A DNA stretch of 64,000 bases, taken from a virus (Duplodnaviria; Caudoviricetes). Shown here in pieces: positions 8,781 through 16,504 of the stretch; the first letter of the stretch is position 1; each line of letters begins with the position of its first letter. The notes below the pieces were generated by a model that saw nothing but the letters and a program-made list of their open reading frames with translations, had not been told where the DNA came from and made no database searches. The stretch lies in IMG/VR virus record IMGVR_UViG_3300048631_000217; one strand, written 5' to 3'. The position numbers and the translations under genes are program-made.

Positions 8781-8794
8781 AAACAACTATTAAA

Positions 8795-8870
8795 TGGAGC
8801 GTCCAGTGAGAATCGAACTCATCTCCATGCAAGACTTGGAAGGACTGCTGCATACCATATGCTTGGACGC
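8795..8870 (-). tRNA. tRNA-Gly(UCC), atypical
   Basis: GCGTCCA/TGGACGC acceptor, U73-CCA, CT TCC AA loop; short D-loop, extended irregular anticodon stem. Confidence 0.75.
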
Positions 8871-8935
8871 CTATTACTTTTTTTGTTACATTGTATCTAA
8901 CCTTCTGTTGGGGAAAACACCATGTCCGCAAATAA

Positions 8936-9012
8936 TGGCTCTCTACCAAGGACTCGAACCTTGAACTAACGGATTAACAGTCCGTCCCCCCTGCCAGTAG
9001 GGGCCGTAGAGA
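8936..9012 (-). tRNA. tRNA-Asn(GUU)
   Basis: ACGGA-CT GTT AA-TCCGT, G73-CCA. Confidence 0.9.
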
Positions 9013-9044
9013 TCAGTTTATCTTCTCACAAATCTTATTTAGTG

Positions 9045-9533
9045 TTATTCAGGCCGTGTGTCAAGCCTTTCCAACAAGGCTTTTCTATCAAGTTGGTTGG
9101 CGCTGAATATCAGATCGGTATATGATCTACCGTAGCGGTTCCGCAGGCTCTTTTTGGCGTCGTTTGACCAACAATTTTGCCAATTCACCATAGCATCCGC
9201 GCACTTGACCCGGATAGCCCCACCATTACCAGTCTTGATGATACCGCTGATATAGTCGGAGTATGCAACTTTCTTGTCGCGTGTGAGTATCGACAACATG
9301 GACAACACGCCGTCATCGAACCCCGCTTCGCGTAGAAAATCATACGTTACGGGTGTATCTTCCAGTGTGTCATGCAGTATGGCCACGATCCGTTCGTCAT
9401 CCCCAACTTCAGGAAAGAGCCTAGATAGCGTGTGACACACCATTATGCGGTGATTGATATACGGCTCTTGCCCATATAACTGCCCTCTATGTGCATGTAC
9501 CGCTATCCGAAAAGCGGTCATGTAATCATTCAT
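9045..9533 (-). CDS. HD-domain small alarmone hydrolase-like protein (SpoT/Mesh1-like)
   Basis: AHRGQ..G.EPYINH, AILHDTLED, VKCAD...N. Confidence 0.85.
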   Translation of the reverse strand: MNDYMTAFRIAVHAHRGQLYGQEPYINHRIMVCHTLSRLFPEVGDDERIVAILHDTLEDTPVTYDFLREAGFDDGVLSMLSILTRDKKVAYSDYISGIIKTGNGGAIRVKCADAMVNWQNCWSNDAKKSLRNRYGRSYTDLIFSANQLDRKALLERLDTRPE

Positions 9534-9569
9534 CGTACCGAAACCCCGTCATGGAACATTATATGTCGT

Positions 9570-9644
9570 TGGTGCTTCCGCCCGGATTCGAACCGGGAAC
9601 GCAACCGTTATGAGCGGCGAGTGTTACCGTTACACCACAGAAGC
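9570..9644 (-). tRNA. tRNA-CAU (Met or Ile2)
   Basis: CT CAT AA loop, CCA; no initiator GGG/CCC stem. Confidence 0.88.
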
Positions 9645-9883
9645 CTAGCCTCAATAACCTAGCATATATCATATGCCAGTCAATCATTAGGTGTAGGTTT
9701 ATCAGGTCATTTGCACCCCCTATGGGCTATAATGAGAACATAGCAGGAATATAGCACCCGGCGGTAACGTGCGCAAGACAGGCAATTATGAAAAGTTCCC
9801 TTGACTTGGCAGAAAATTTTGCCCCCGGATTAATGGCCAACGTAAACAGGTAATCAATACTGCCATATGCCGGGGGCGGTATC

Positions 9884-9957
9884 TGGTAGGGCAAGAGGGA
9901 ATCGAACCCCCATATGCGCGGTGTAAACGCGCCGTTCTACCGTTGAACTATCGCCCC
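9884..9957 (-). tRNA. tRNA-Val(UAC)
   Basis: GCGCG-TT TAC AC-CGCGC, CCA. Confidence 0.92.
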
Positions 9958-9958
9958 G

Positions 9959-10717
9959 TTATTCTACTGTCTCTTCCTCGTCATCCGACAAGGTGATATC
10001 GTTCTTTTCCAAGAATTCCCAAATGATCGTGTAGGGGGTAACGAACCCAAGGTGTGTGCCCATAAGGGCGGCTGACGGAACCCCGATCAACACCCCATCC
10101 TCGTTATAGATCGACCCACCTGAGTTACCGGCATAGATACCGGCGTCAGTCTGATAGTAGCGGAATTCCTGTCCACCGATCTTAATTTCCCGGTTGGTTG
10201 CACTGATAATACCTTTGGTCACAGTCGCGTCAAGGATTCCTGTCGGGTTTCCGACTACGAAAACCGTGTCGCCGCGTCTCGGCATATCGCCGTCATACAA
10301 TTCCGCTTCCATTGTCTGTGGAATATCTTTTGACAAAATTTGCAGCACGGCCAAGTCAACTTTCGGATCAGATGCGACAACTTCCGTGGTCCATGTCATG
10401 ACGCCAATTTCCCGAAACCCGTCATAGAACCTTTGTGAGACAGGAACATCCTTGACAACCGAAATCTTTGATTCGACTACCGTTCCGTCTTCTGTAACGT
10501 CTTTTTCATTTTTCTCAGAAAAGAATTGGTCAACACAATGACGATTGGTCAGGATCAACCGTTTCTCGACAGAAATCAGGGTTCCGGTACAGCCGTTTCC
10601 GACCAAGAAATTCGTCTCGTCAATTAAGGTATTCATGTCATCCACTTCCCATGCCATAGCCGGGCTAGCGGCTAAGGTGACGACAAGGGCGGCGGATGCC
10701 AGCAACTTCTTTAACAT
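9959..10717 (-). CDS. Exported trypsin-like serine protease
   Basis: Signal peptide MLKKLLASAAL...AMA; triad motifs TNRHC, DLAVL, GNSGG. Confidence 0.9.
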   Translation of the reverse strand: MLKKLLASAALVVTLAASPAMAWEVDDMNTLIDETNFLVGNGCTGTLISVEKRLILTNRHCVDQFFSEKNEKDVTEDGTVVESKISVVKDVPVSQRFYDGFREIGVMTWTTEVVASDPKVDLAVLQILSKDIPQTMEAELYDGDMPRRGDTVFVVGNPTGILDATVTKGIISATNREIKIGGQEFRYYQTDAGIYAGNSGGSIYNEDGVLIGVPSAALMGTHLGFVTPYTIIWEFLEKNDITLSDDEEETVE

Positions 10718-10741
10718 ATAGGTCAATCCTTTCATTGTGTC

Positions 10742-10816
10742 TGGTGGAGAAGAGGGGGATCGAACCCCTAATTCCTGCTTGCAAAACAGGCGTGTTCCCA
10801 TTAGCACTACTTCCCC
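10742..10816 (-). tRNA. tRNA-Ala(UGC)
   Basis: TT TGC AA loop, G3:U70, CCA. Confidence 0.93.
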
Positions 10817-10823
10817 GAAAATG

Positions 10824-10958
10824 TTATTCGTCCAACTCTTTACCTACCTTCCGGTCATCTTTAAGCGTCTTTTCAAGTCTACGTTTCGCTACGTAGAGGT
10901 ATATCATCGTTATGACAGCAAATGTTGTTATTGTCAACGGATACCATATACCGATCAT
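10824..10958 (-). CDS. 44-aa membrane peptide (not in ORF track)
   Basis: MIGIWYPLTITTFAVITMIYLYVAKRR...; ATGA overlap with the upstream ORF. Confidence 0.45.
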   Translation of the reverse strand: MIGIWYPLTITTFAVITMIYLYVAKRRLEKTLKDDRKVGKELDE

Positions 10959-11104
10959 TTTTTCTGTCTCAGGTAGTTATCTCTTTCGAGGCGACCTTTA
11001 TCCGTCGCCGACGACAGCAGATGAAGAAACAACAAGATGGACACCATTCCGAAATAGAAAAACGCTTCATGGATCAGGAACCAACTTAGCACGATAAAAG
11101 TCAT
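10955..11104 (-). CDS. 49-aa membrane peptide (not in ORF track)
   Basis: MTFIVLSWFLIHEAFFYFGMVSILLFLHLL... Confidence 0.4.
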   Translation of the reverse strand: MTFIVLSWFLIHEAFFYFGMVSILLFLHLLSSATDKGRLERDNYLRQKK

Positions 11105-11191
11105 AGGTCATTTCTAGTGTAGGGACCATAGATTTTTTTATTTGGGTATAACTTGCTGATCTTATCTAGCATATCAGGTATCAACATATCA

Positions 11192-11281
11192 TGGCGGAGA
11201 CGATGAGATTCGAACTCATGAGACGCCTTCGCGCCTGACGGTTTTCAAGACCGCTGCAATAAACCACTCTGCCACGTCTCC
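11192..11281 (-). tRNA. tRNA-Ser(UGA)
   Basis: Type II, CT TGA AA, G73-CCA. Confidence 0.93.
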
Positions 11282-11308
11282 GTAAAAATATCACTCTTTC
11301 TATCCCTC

Positions 11309-11383
11309 TGGCAAAGGTATGAGGAATCGAACCCCAATCTGCGGTTTTGGAGACCGCCGTAATAGCCATTATACCATACCCTC
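11309..11383 (-). tRNA. tRNA-Trp(CCA)
   Basis: GCGGT-CT CCA AA-ACCGC, G73-CCA. Confidence 0.92.
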
Positions 11384-11743
11384 AAGCCGCTTCCAAGCAA
11401 ATATGACAATACTTAGAGGCGACAGAACCGGGCTACCCATTCGAGTGCCACTACACACGTTCCGCGACCACACACGTCTTTCGCATTCAAGAAAACGTCC
11501 AGTATTCATGTCTAGCAGAACCAATCCCTTATGTCCACCTCTTGCACAGGTATATACGACATAATTAAAAGTCAACAGGTTCCACAAAAGTCTTGTCACA
11601 GACTTCTTTGACAGAAACCATAAAGCCGTGATGATGTAATCGCTGGCATCACCGTCAAGACTACCTACCCGTTCCTTCATGATCCGCCATCGGTTTCGTC
11701 CGTCATATCGGTATAAAAATCTTGCATTAAGTTCTTCCAACAT
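11369..11743 (-). CDS. Hypothetical protein, degenerate transglutaminase-like
   Basis: DGDASDY resembles GDCEDY; downstream GH motif. Confidence 0.6.
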   Translation of the reverse strand: MLEELNARFLYRYDGRNRWRIMKERVGSLDGDASDYIITALWFLSKKSVTRLLWNLLTFNYVVYTCARGGHKGLVLLDMNTGRFLECERRVWSRNVCSGTRMGSPVLSPLSIVIFAWKRLEGMV

Positions 11744-11759
11744 GACGAACCCCCTTTCG

Positions 11760-12005
11760 TTATGCCATGCCTAGCGCCTGTCTGTACATATCAAGCACCG
11801 CCTCTTCTTCAGCTACATCATCCCTGTCGCGCGCCCGTAGCTTGATGATCAGACGCATGACCTTCGTGTCATACCCTCGACCTTTCGCTTCAGCCATGAC
11901 CTCTTTCATTTGTTCCGAAATATCCTTCTTTTCACCAGCAAGACTTTCGTAACGTTCAATGAATTGCCGTAACTCGTCAGCCGTCACATTATACATATCA
12001 CTCAT
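11760..12005 (-). CDS. gapR: GapR/DUF2312 nucleoid-associated DNA-binding protein
   Basis: VTADELRQFIER..L..EKKDI...KEVMAEAKGRGYDTKVMR...R. Confidence 0.92.
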   Translation of the reverse strand: MSDMYNVTADELRQFIERYESLAGEKKDISEQMKEVMAEAKGRGYDTKVMRLIIKLRARDRDDVAEEEAVLDMYRQALGMA

Positions 12006-12007
12006 AT

Positions 12008-12187
12008 TCAAGCAACCTTCCCTTGTTTCCAAATACAGGTGGATCGTAACACTCGATCCATGAAATCATCTTCGGTAATCTTTTCCTCAAAAAAGGAAAA
12101 CTGAAAGTTCTTCCGGTCCCACCCATCCGGGTCCATGATAAAGAACTCTGAATGTTTGTCTTTCCATTCATTACTAGTGCGTAACAA
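12008..12187 (-). CDS. Small phage protein with DPDGWDR motif (not in ORF track)
   Basis: TTG start; IMDPDGWDRKNFQFSFFEEKIT. Confidence 0.55.
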   Translation of the reverse strand: MLRTSNEWKDKHSEFFIMDPDGWDRKNFQFSFFEEKITEDDFMDRVLRSTCIWKQGKVA

Positions 12188-12195
12188 AGCCTACC

Positions 12196-12426
12196 TCACT
12201 TTCTAAACTTTTTCATAGAAACACCTTTTCGATCAGCAATGAAAGCGAATGCGAGAAAGGTGACAAGGAAGATCGTCACAAATAGCAAGAGACTGATCCA
12301 GATCGGAGACAGCACCCACCACCACGACCATGTGATATAACCCGTCAGTTTCAACCCGATGAACAGGATAGTCAACATACCGACAAATGTGTTGCCAGTA
12401 TAGTTGACGGTTTTAGTTTCTTTCAT
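12196..12426 (-). CDS. Small membrane protein
   Basis: LKLTGYITWSWWWVLSPIW motif common in phage membrane proteins. Confidence 0.8.
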   Translation of the reverse strand: MKETKTVNYTGNTFVGMLTILFIGLKLTGYITWSWWWVLSPIWISLLLFVTIFLVTFLAFAFIADRKGVSMKKFRK

Positions 12427-12532
12427 GACAAAGTTCCTCTATGTGATTGGCGTATATCGGTTAGCCCCGACACCTTAGCTATCCGGCCCCAATTCGTGTA
12501 AGCGATAGGTGGGCTAGGATAGGACCATGTAT

Positions 12533-12745
12533 TCAAACCGGGAATGACGGCTTGTAGGGCATCAGCTTACACTCTGATAGAAAGCCGTCAAGTTCTTTTT
12601 CGGTGACTGCGATGTTATCTTTGGCTTCGGGATCGCCGTCGATCTTCAGGGACACCACAATCCGACCTACGGCAGTCACCACGTAACCGCCAGAATACCA
12701 GCCTTTCGGCTTCCAGACTTGGTTGACCTTGAAGATATCGTTCAT
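12533..12745 (-). CDS. Hypothetical protein
   Basis: 70 aa, co-oriented. Confidence 0.6.
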   Translation of the reverse strand: MNDIFKVNQVWKPKGWYSGGYVVTAVGRIVVSLKIDGDPEAKDNIAVTEKELDGFLSECKLMPYKPSFPV

Positions 12746-12881
12746 TTCGTCGCCCCGTGAAATTCGTATATCGGTTGTTCAGGTTCATCGGAGTCGATAG
12801 CAATGACCGCCCTTCCGATGGATCTCTTAAACATTCCGTTGCGGGTTATTCGCCGCTTTTCGTTCCAGTCAAAAAACCTTG

Positions 12882-13028
12882 TCATTCCGCTACCATCATC
12901 TGTTCGAATTCAGGCTTCGTCATCTTGGCGTATTTCTCTTCATACAACCGTTTGGCTTTAGGAAGAGTTATGACACCGTACTTTACGCCTTTCGAAATCC
13001 AGTCGATATAGGCTTCTTTCTTTGTCAT
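12882..13028 (-). CDS. Small early hypothetical protein (not in ORF track)
   Basis: First ORF after the promoter at 13055-13083; GGGGAAGAG SD. Confidence 0.5.
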   Translation of the reverse strand: MTKKEAYIDWISKGVKYGVITLPKAKRLYEEKYAKMTKPEFEQMMVAE

Positions 13029-13054
13029 AACTCTTCCCCATTGCTTACGTAACT

Positions 13055-13083
13055 AATATAGGGTCGGTTCCAACTATTGTCAA
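13055..13083 (-). promoter_or_regulatory. Early promoter
   Basis: TTGACA-N17-TATATT; same class as 23477, 41780, 52167 and 56981. Confidence 0.75.
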
Positions 13084-13093
13084 GGGTTGTGTC

Positions 13094-13169
13094 TGGTGCC
13101 AAGAGAGGGAATTGAACCCCCGACGCGGGGATCTTCAATCCCCCGCTCTACCAACTGAGCTATCTTGGC
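13094..13169 (-). tRNA. tRNA-Phe(GAA)
   Basis: GGGGA-TT GAA GA-TCCCC, CCA. Confidence 0.93.
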
Positions 13170-13170
13170 A

Positions 13171-13246
13171 TGGTCCCGAATCTAGGGTTCGAACCTAGTC
13201 TACCAGATCCACAATCTAGCGTGCTACCATTAAACACCAATTCGGG
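13171..13246 (-). tRNA. tRNA-His(GUG), no G-1, A73
   Basis: CTAGA-TT GTG GA-TCTGG; base -1 is T; ends ACCA. Confidence 0.9.
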
Positions 13247-13285
13247 ATAATAAGTCGTCGTAATGTAGCCAAATGGGACCGTGCA

Positions 13286-13480
13286 TCACGCAACCCCTTC
13301 CTGCATCCGTTCGAAAGTTGTATCAAAATGATCGCCGTGCAGATGTTCAGCAGCATTGAACACGTTCGGTTCACTTTCCTTGGTCATGACGAAGGTATGA
13401 AGATTTTCTTCATCCACCATGACCAGATCGACGTAGCATGTGTTGGACACCCAACCAGTTTTGACGATACGAATGTTCAC
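13286..13480 (-). CDS. Hypothetical protein
   Basis: GAGGG SD, GTG start. Confidence 0.6.
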   Translation of the reverse strand: MNIRIVKTGWVSNTCYVDLVMVDEENLHTFVMTKESEPNVFNAAEHLHGDHFDTTFERMQEGVA

Positions 13481-13498
13481 GCTATCCCTCGTGTTGTA

Positions 13499-13574
13499 TG
13501 GTGTTAGGTGAAGGAATCGAACCTTCTAACAAACAATTATCAGTTGCTCCGCTCACCGTTTTGCGCTACCTAAC
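13499..13574 (-). tRNA. tRNA-Ile(GAU)
   Basis: AGCAA-CT GAT AA-TTGTT, CCA. Confidence 0.88.
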
Positions 13575-13726
13575 GTTTTCTCACAAGACTTATATAGACT
13601 AGGGATTCGGTTGTGTCAAGTCGTTATTACTTCCTTTTTTCAAAAATCTGATTAACGAGTGCCCATGCGTTTTGCATATGTTTCATCAACATCCCGTCGC
13701 TCGAATCCGCATAACCAACGTTCCTT

Positions 13727-13800
13727 TGGCGACCCTACGGGGACTCTAACCCCGTTTTCCAGTTAGACAGACTGGCGTAATAACCATATACCATAGGGCC
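13727..13800 (-). tRNA. tRNA-Asp(GUC), U37 and TTA T-loop
   Basis: CCAGT-CT GTC TA-ACTGG, G73-CCA. Confidence 0.85.
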
Positions 13801-13809
13801 TAGAAAGGT

Positions 13810-14238
13810 TCAACCGTCCGTATTCTGGTTCTGCATCATTTCCTTACCGCTCCCCTGAAAGTCGATATCGGGAATCAGGGATTGGGGGCGCAGAACAAGA
13901 CGATAGTGGAACTCGGATGCGTTAACATCTTCCAATTGCTCTACTACCACAAAAACGTTGTCGGATAGGGCGAGCATGTTCTTGATGTACTTGTTATTGC
14001 CTGTTTTACACGTATACGAAACCCGGCTCACGGCGTCGTTATTACCTAGGGAACAGAACCCCTCCACAACCAACACAACCTTGTCGGTAATCCCGTTGTA
14101 GATCGTGATGCGGCGCGACACCTCGAAATTGTCTGCGGCGATGGATAGGTTACGCGAAGCTGTATCAGCCGCACGTTCACACCCGGCAACGATTGCCAAA
14201 GCCGCGAATGCGCCAGCAATCAGGTAACGGTTCTTCAT
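13810..14238 (-). CDS. Phage lipoprotein
   Basis: Lipobox VAGC; ASRNLS..ADNFE..RR...YNGIT. Confidence 0.85.
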   Translation of the reverse strand: MKNRYLIAGAFAALAIVAGCERAADTASRNLSIAADNFEVSRRITIYNGITDKVVLVVEGFCSLGNNDAVSRVSYTCKTGNNKYIKNMLALSDNVFVVVEQLEDVNASEFHYRLVLRPQSLIPDIDFQGSGKEMMQNQNTDG

Positions 14239-14239
14239 T

Positions 14240-14818
14240 TCACTTACCTCTAGTTTTCAGGATCTGTTTTGCCACTTTTTTGAACGGTTTGTAAAGGTAG
14301 AACAGTCCCTCTTCTTTGAAAATTTGTTTACCTTTATCGGATTTCCATTCCTCGAAAGTCATGGACTTGCACCCGATGTTGATCAGTTTGTCTTCAATCG
14401 TTACCGTGAAAGGGAACCCGGTGATCACGATAGGGTTCTTGGTCACGATTCCTTCCACACTAACATACTCAGTAACACGAGCCTTTCCGTAAACCAGAGC
14501 ATTTTCGAAAACCCAAGCATCCCCGGAAACCTGAGCATTCCCGGCAACACAAGCATACTCGGTAACACGAGCATTCTCGAAAACCTGAGCATTCCCGGCA
14601 ACACAAGCATTACCGGAAACCTGAGCCTTATCGAAAACACGAGCATTTTCGAAAACACGAGCATTTCCGGAAACCTGAGCCTGTCCGAAAACACGAGCAT
14701 TCGGCCCGATATAGGCGGTTTCGGCAACGGTCGCGGTGTCCGCGACCCATCCGCCGCCGTTCGGATGCTGATGGGCCGGGACAGGGCCTTGCCCATCTTG
14801 GAAGTCAAACATGGTCAT
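14240..14818 (-). CDS. Hexapeptide-repeat (left-handed beta-helix) protein, copy 1
   Basis: HPNGGGWVADTA cap plus 18-bp/6-aa repeats. Confidence 0.85.
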   Translation of the reverse strand: MTMFDFQDGQGPVPAHQHPNGGGWVADTATVAETAYIGPNARVFGQAQVSGNARVFENARVFDKAQVSGNACVAGNAQVFENARVTEYACVAGNAQVSGDAWVFENALVYGKARVTEYVSVEGIVTKNPIVITGFPFTVTIEDKLINIGCKSMTFEEWKSDKGKQIFKEEGLFYLYKPFKKVAKQILKTRGK

Positions 14819-15048
14819 TTCAGATTCCTTTTAGGTTTCGGTCCCATCACATAATGTTGGTTAGGGTATTTCCGGTTCATCTGTCTTACCACATCATTCG
14901 CGACTTCTTCAGTCTCGTACGCCCCGTGTTTGTACCAGTGACCAAATAGGTCAAACCAAGCCCACACGATATACGGTTTCGGCTTCCGTGTTTTTTTGCC
15001 ATTTCTTTTGGGGACTTCAGGTTCATCGGGCATAAAGGATTGGTCCAT
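14815..15048 (-). CDS. Hypothetical protein
   Basis: 77 aa; stop overlaps the next start. Confidence 0.6.
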   Translation of the reverse strand: MDQSFMPDEPEVPKRNGKKTRKPKPYIVWAWFDLFGHWYKHGAYETEEVANDVVRQMNRKYPNQHYVMGPKPKRNLK

Positions 15049-15062
15049 GACATTCCCTTATC

Positions 15063-15144
15063 TGGACCCCCTGACAGGATTCGAACCTGCATCTACCATT
15101 CCGTTACCCTACTCTTGGTTCGTAGCCAAGGGGGATACAGGGGG
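15063..15144 (-). tRNA. tRNA-Arg(ACG)-like RNA lacking the D-arm
   Basis: Acceptor CCCCCTG/CAGGGGG, CTTGG-CT ACG AA-CCAAG, T-arm, CCA; 7-nt linker replaces the D-arm; 23-nt variable region. Confidence 0.75.
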
Positions 15145-15151
15145 ATATTTC

Positions 15152-15226
15152 TGGTTGGGGGCGGTGGATTCGAACCACCCTTCTTCTGATTCAAAGTCAG
15201 CTATTTTGCCACTAAACTAGCCCCCA
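15152..15226 (-). tRNA. tRNA-Gln(UUG)
   Basis: CT TTG AA loop, U1:A72, CCA. Confidence 0.9.
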
Positions 15227-15227
15227 A

Positions 15228-15301
15228 TGGTCAGGGTGGCGGGGATCGAACCCGCGCCTACAGATTCCAAGTCTGTCAGATTACCACTTTCCTACACCCT
15301 G
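15228..15301 (-). tRNA. tRNA-Pro(UGG)
   Basis: ACAGA-CT TGG AA-TCTGT, C1:G72, A73. Confidence 0.9.
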
Positions 15302-15489
15302 AAGAAATTCTTCATCATTTCGGGGGACAATCGGTATCCCCATTCAACGATCAACTGCACATCGTTATCCTCGGTCGTCGGATGCGTGATGGCTTTGCAG
15401 TAGAATTCGATATTACCGCTATCATCCTGCACCTTGACGATACCGAACCGGCCCGCATCCAACCACAGCTTATCCAAAACTTTCATCAC
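15292..15489 (-). CDS. Hypothetical protein
   Basis: GAGG SD, 65 aa. Confidence 0.6.
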   Translation of the reverse strand: MMKVLDKLWLDAGRFGIVKVQDDSGNIEFYCKAITHPTTEDNDVQLIVEWGYRLSPEMMKNFFRV

Positions 15490-15501
15490 AAAACCTCATT
15501 C

Positions 15502-15580
15502 TGGTAGCCCCTACGGGAATCGAACCCGTTCCACGCGGTTGAAAGCCGCGTATCCTAATACCAGTGTAGACCAAGGGGCC
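15502..15580 (-). tRNA. tRNA-Glu(UUC)
   Basis: CGCGG-CT TTC AA-CCGCG, CCA. Confidence 0.92.
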
Positions 15581-15593
15581 ATTTTCGCAAACT

Positions 15594-15681
15594 TGGTAGA
15601 TCGGGTGGGATTCGAACCCACGATGGGCTTGCGCCTGCGGATTAAAAGTCCGCCCCCTTCGACCTCTCGGAACACCGATCT
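15594..15681 (-). tRNA. tRNA with Lys(UUU) anticodon on a type II (long variable arm) body
   Basis: GCGGA-CT TTT AA-TCCGC; variable arm GGC-GCAA-GCC; A73-CCA. Confidence 0.85.
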
Positions 15682-15892
15682 AAAACTTCTCACTCTGCCT
15701 TTGTTTTTCTGCATAGATTTTGTCCAGATCCTGCAACACCCACCGATGCCACATTATGACATAGGCATAGAATGGTATCAGACCTAGCAGAGCAAAATCC
15801 ACGTATCTTGACGCTAAAGGCACACCGATAACCGTCAAGGCAATCATTACAACGCCAAACGTCTTCCGGTGTCTTTTCAGAATATTCATCAA
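15680..15892 (-). CDS. Small membrane protein
   Basis: Two TM-like segments; AGGA SD. Confidence 0.6.
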   Translation of the reverse strand: MMNILKRHRKTFGVVMIALTVIGVPLASRYVDFALLGLIPFYAYVIMWHRWVLQDLDKIYAEKQRQSEKF

Positions 15893-15913
15893 AAGTTCCT
15901 AAAGCCGTTAGGT

Positions 15914-15999
15914 TGGTGCGGGGGGTAGGATTTGAACCTACGCGCGTTTTACCAAACAGGTTTACAGCCTGCCGCATTCGACCACTCTGCCACCCCCAC
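15914..15999 (-). tRNA. tRNA-Tyr(GUA)
   Basis: Type II, CT GTA AA, CCA. Confidence 0.92.
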
Positions 16000-16006
16000 G
16001 ATCTTT

Positions 16007-16297
16007 TTACATCCTAGCAGCACGTTCCCCTTTACGCAACAGGATAACGCGGCGGAATCCGTCTTTCTCAAAGGTTTCGTCCATATAGGACGCCCCCTGA
16101 ACCGGCGCTTGGAAGGTTTCGTCAGTCGGTTCATCGACTTCACCGGCCCATACCCGCATCTTGGCCCGACACTTCATCATGCCATGTTCCAGAGACTCGA
16201 CCACACCGATATAGAAACAGTCATATCGCCCGTAGAAGTCATAGGATTGCACGATATCACCGACTTCGACTTCACTGAAAGGATGATTCTTTTCCAT
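16007..16297 (-). CDS. Hypothetical protein
   Basis: GAGGT SD; TTGACA promoter-like element upstream. Confidence 0.7.
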   Translation of the reverse strand: MEKNHPFSEVEVGDIVQSYDFYGRYDCFYIGVVESLEHGMMKCRAKMRVWAGEVDEPTDETFQAPVQGASYMDETFEKDGFRRVILLRKGERAARM

Positions 16298-16504
16298 AGC
16301 TAACCTCTTTTCTGATCACACTATACAGTATAATGTTTTCAAAATAGTTGTCAACACTTCCATCGGATCATCGCGACGATTTTTGTCACTCCCCTCGTGT
16401 ACCAAATTGTCAAAGAGCATCGGCTACAGGAGCCACTTTTTCAGTATATCGCGGTAATCGTCTTCCCGCTTCTTTTCATCTTCCATCATCAAACCTCATT
16501 CGTC

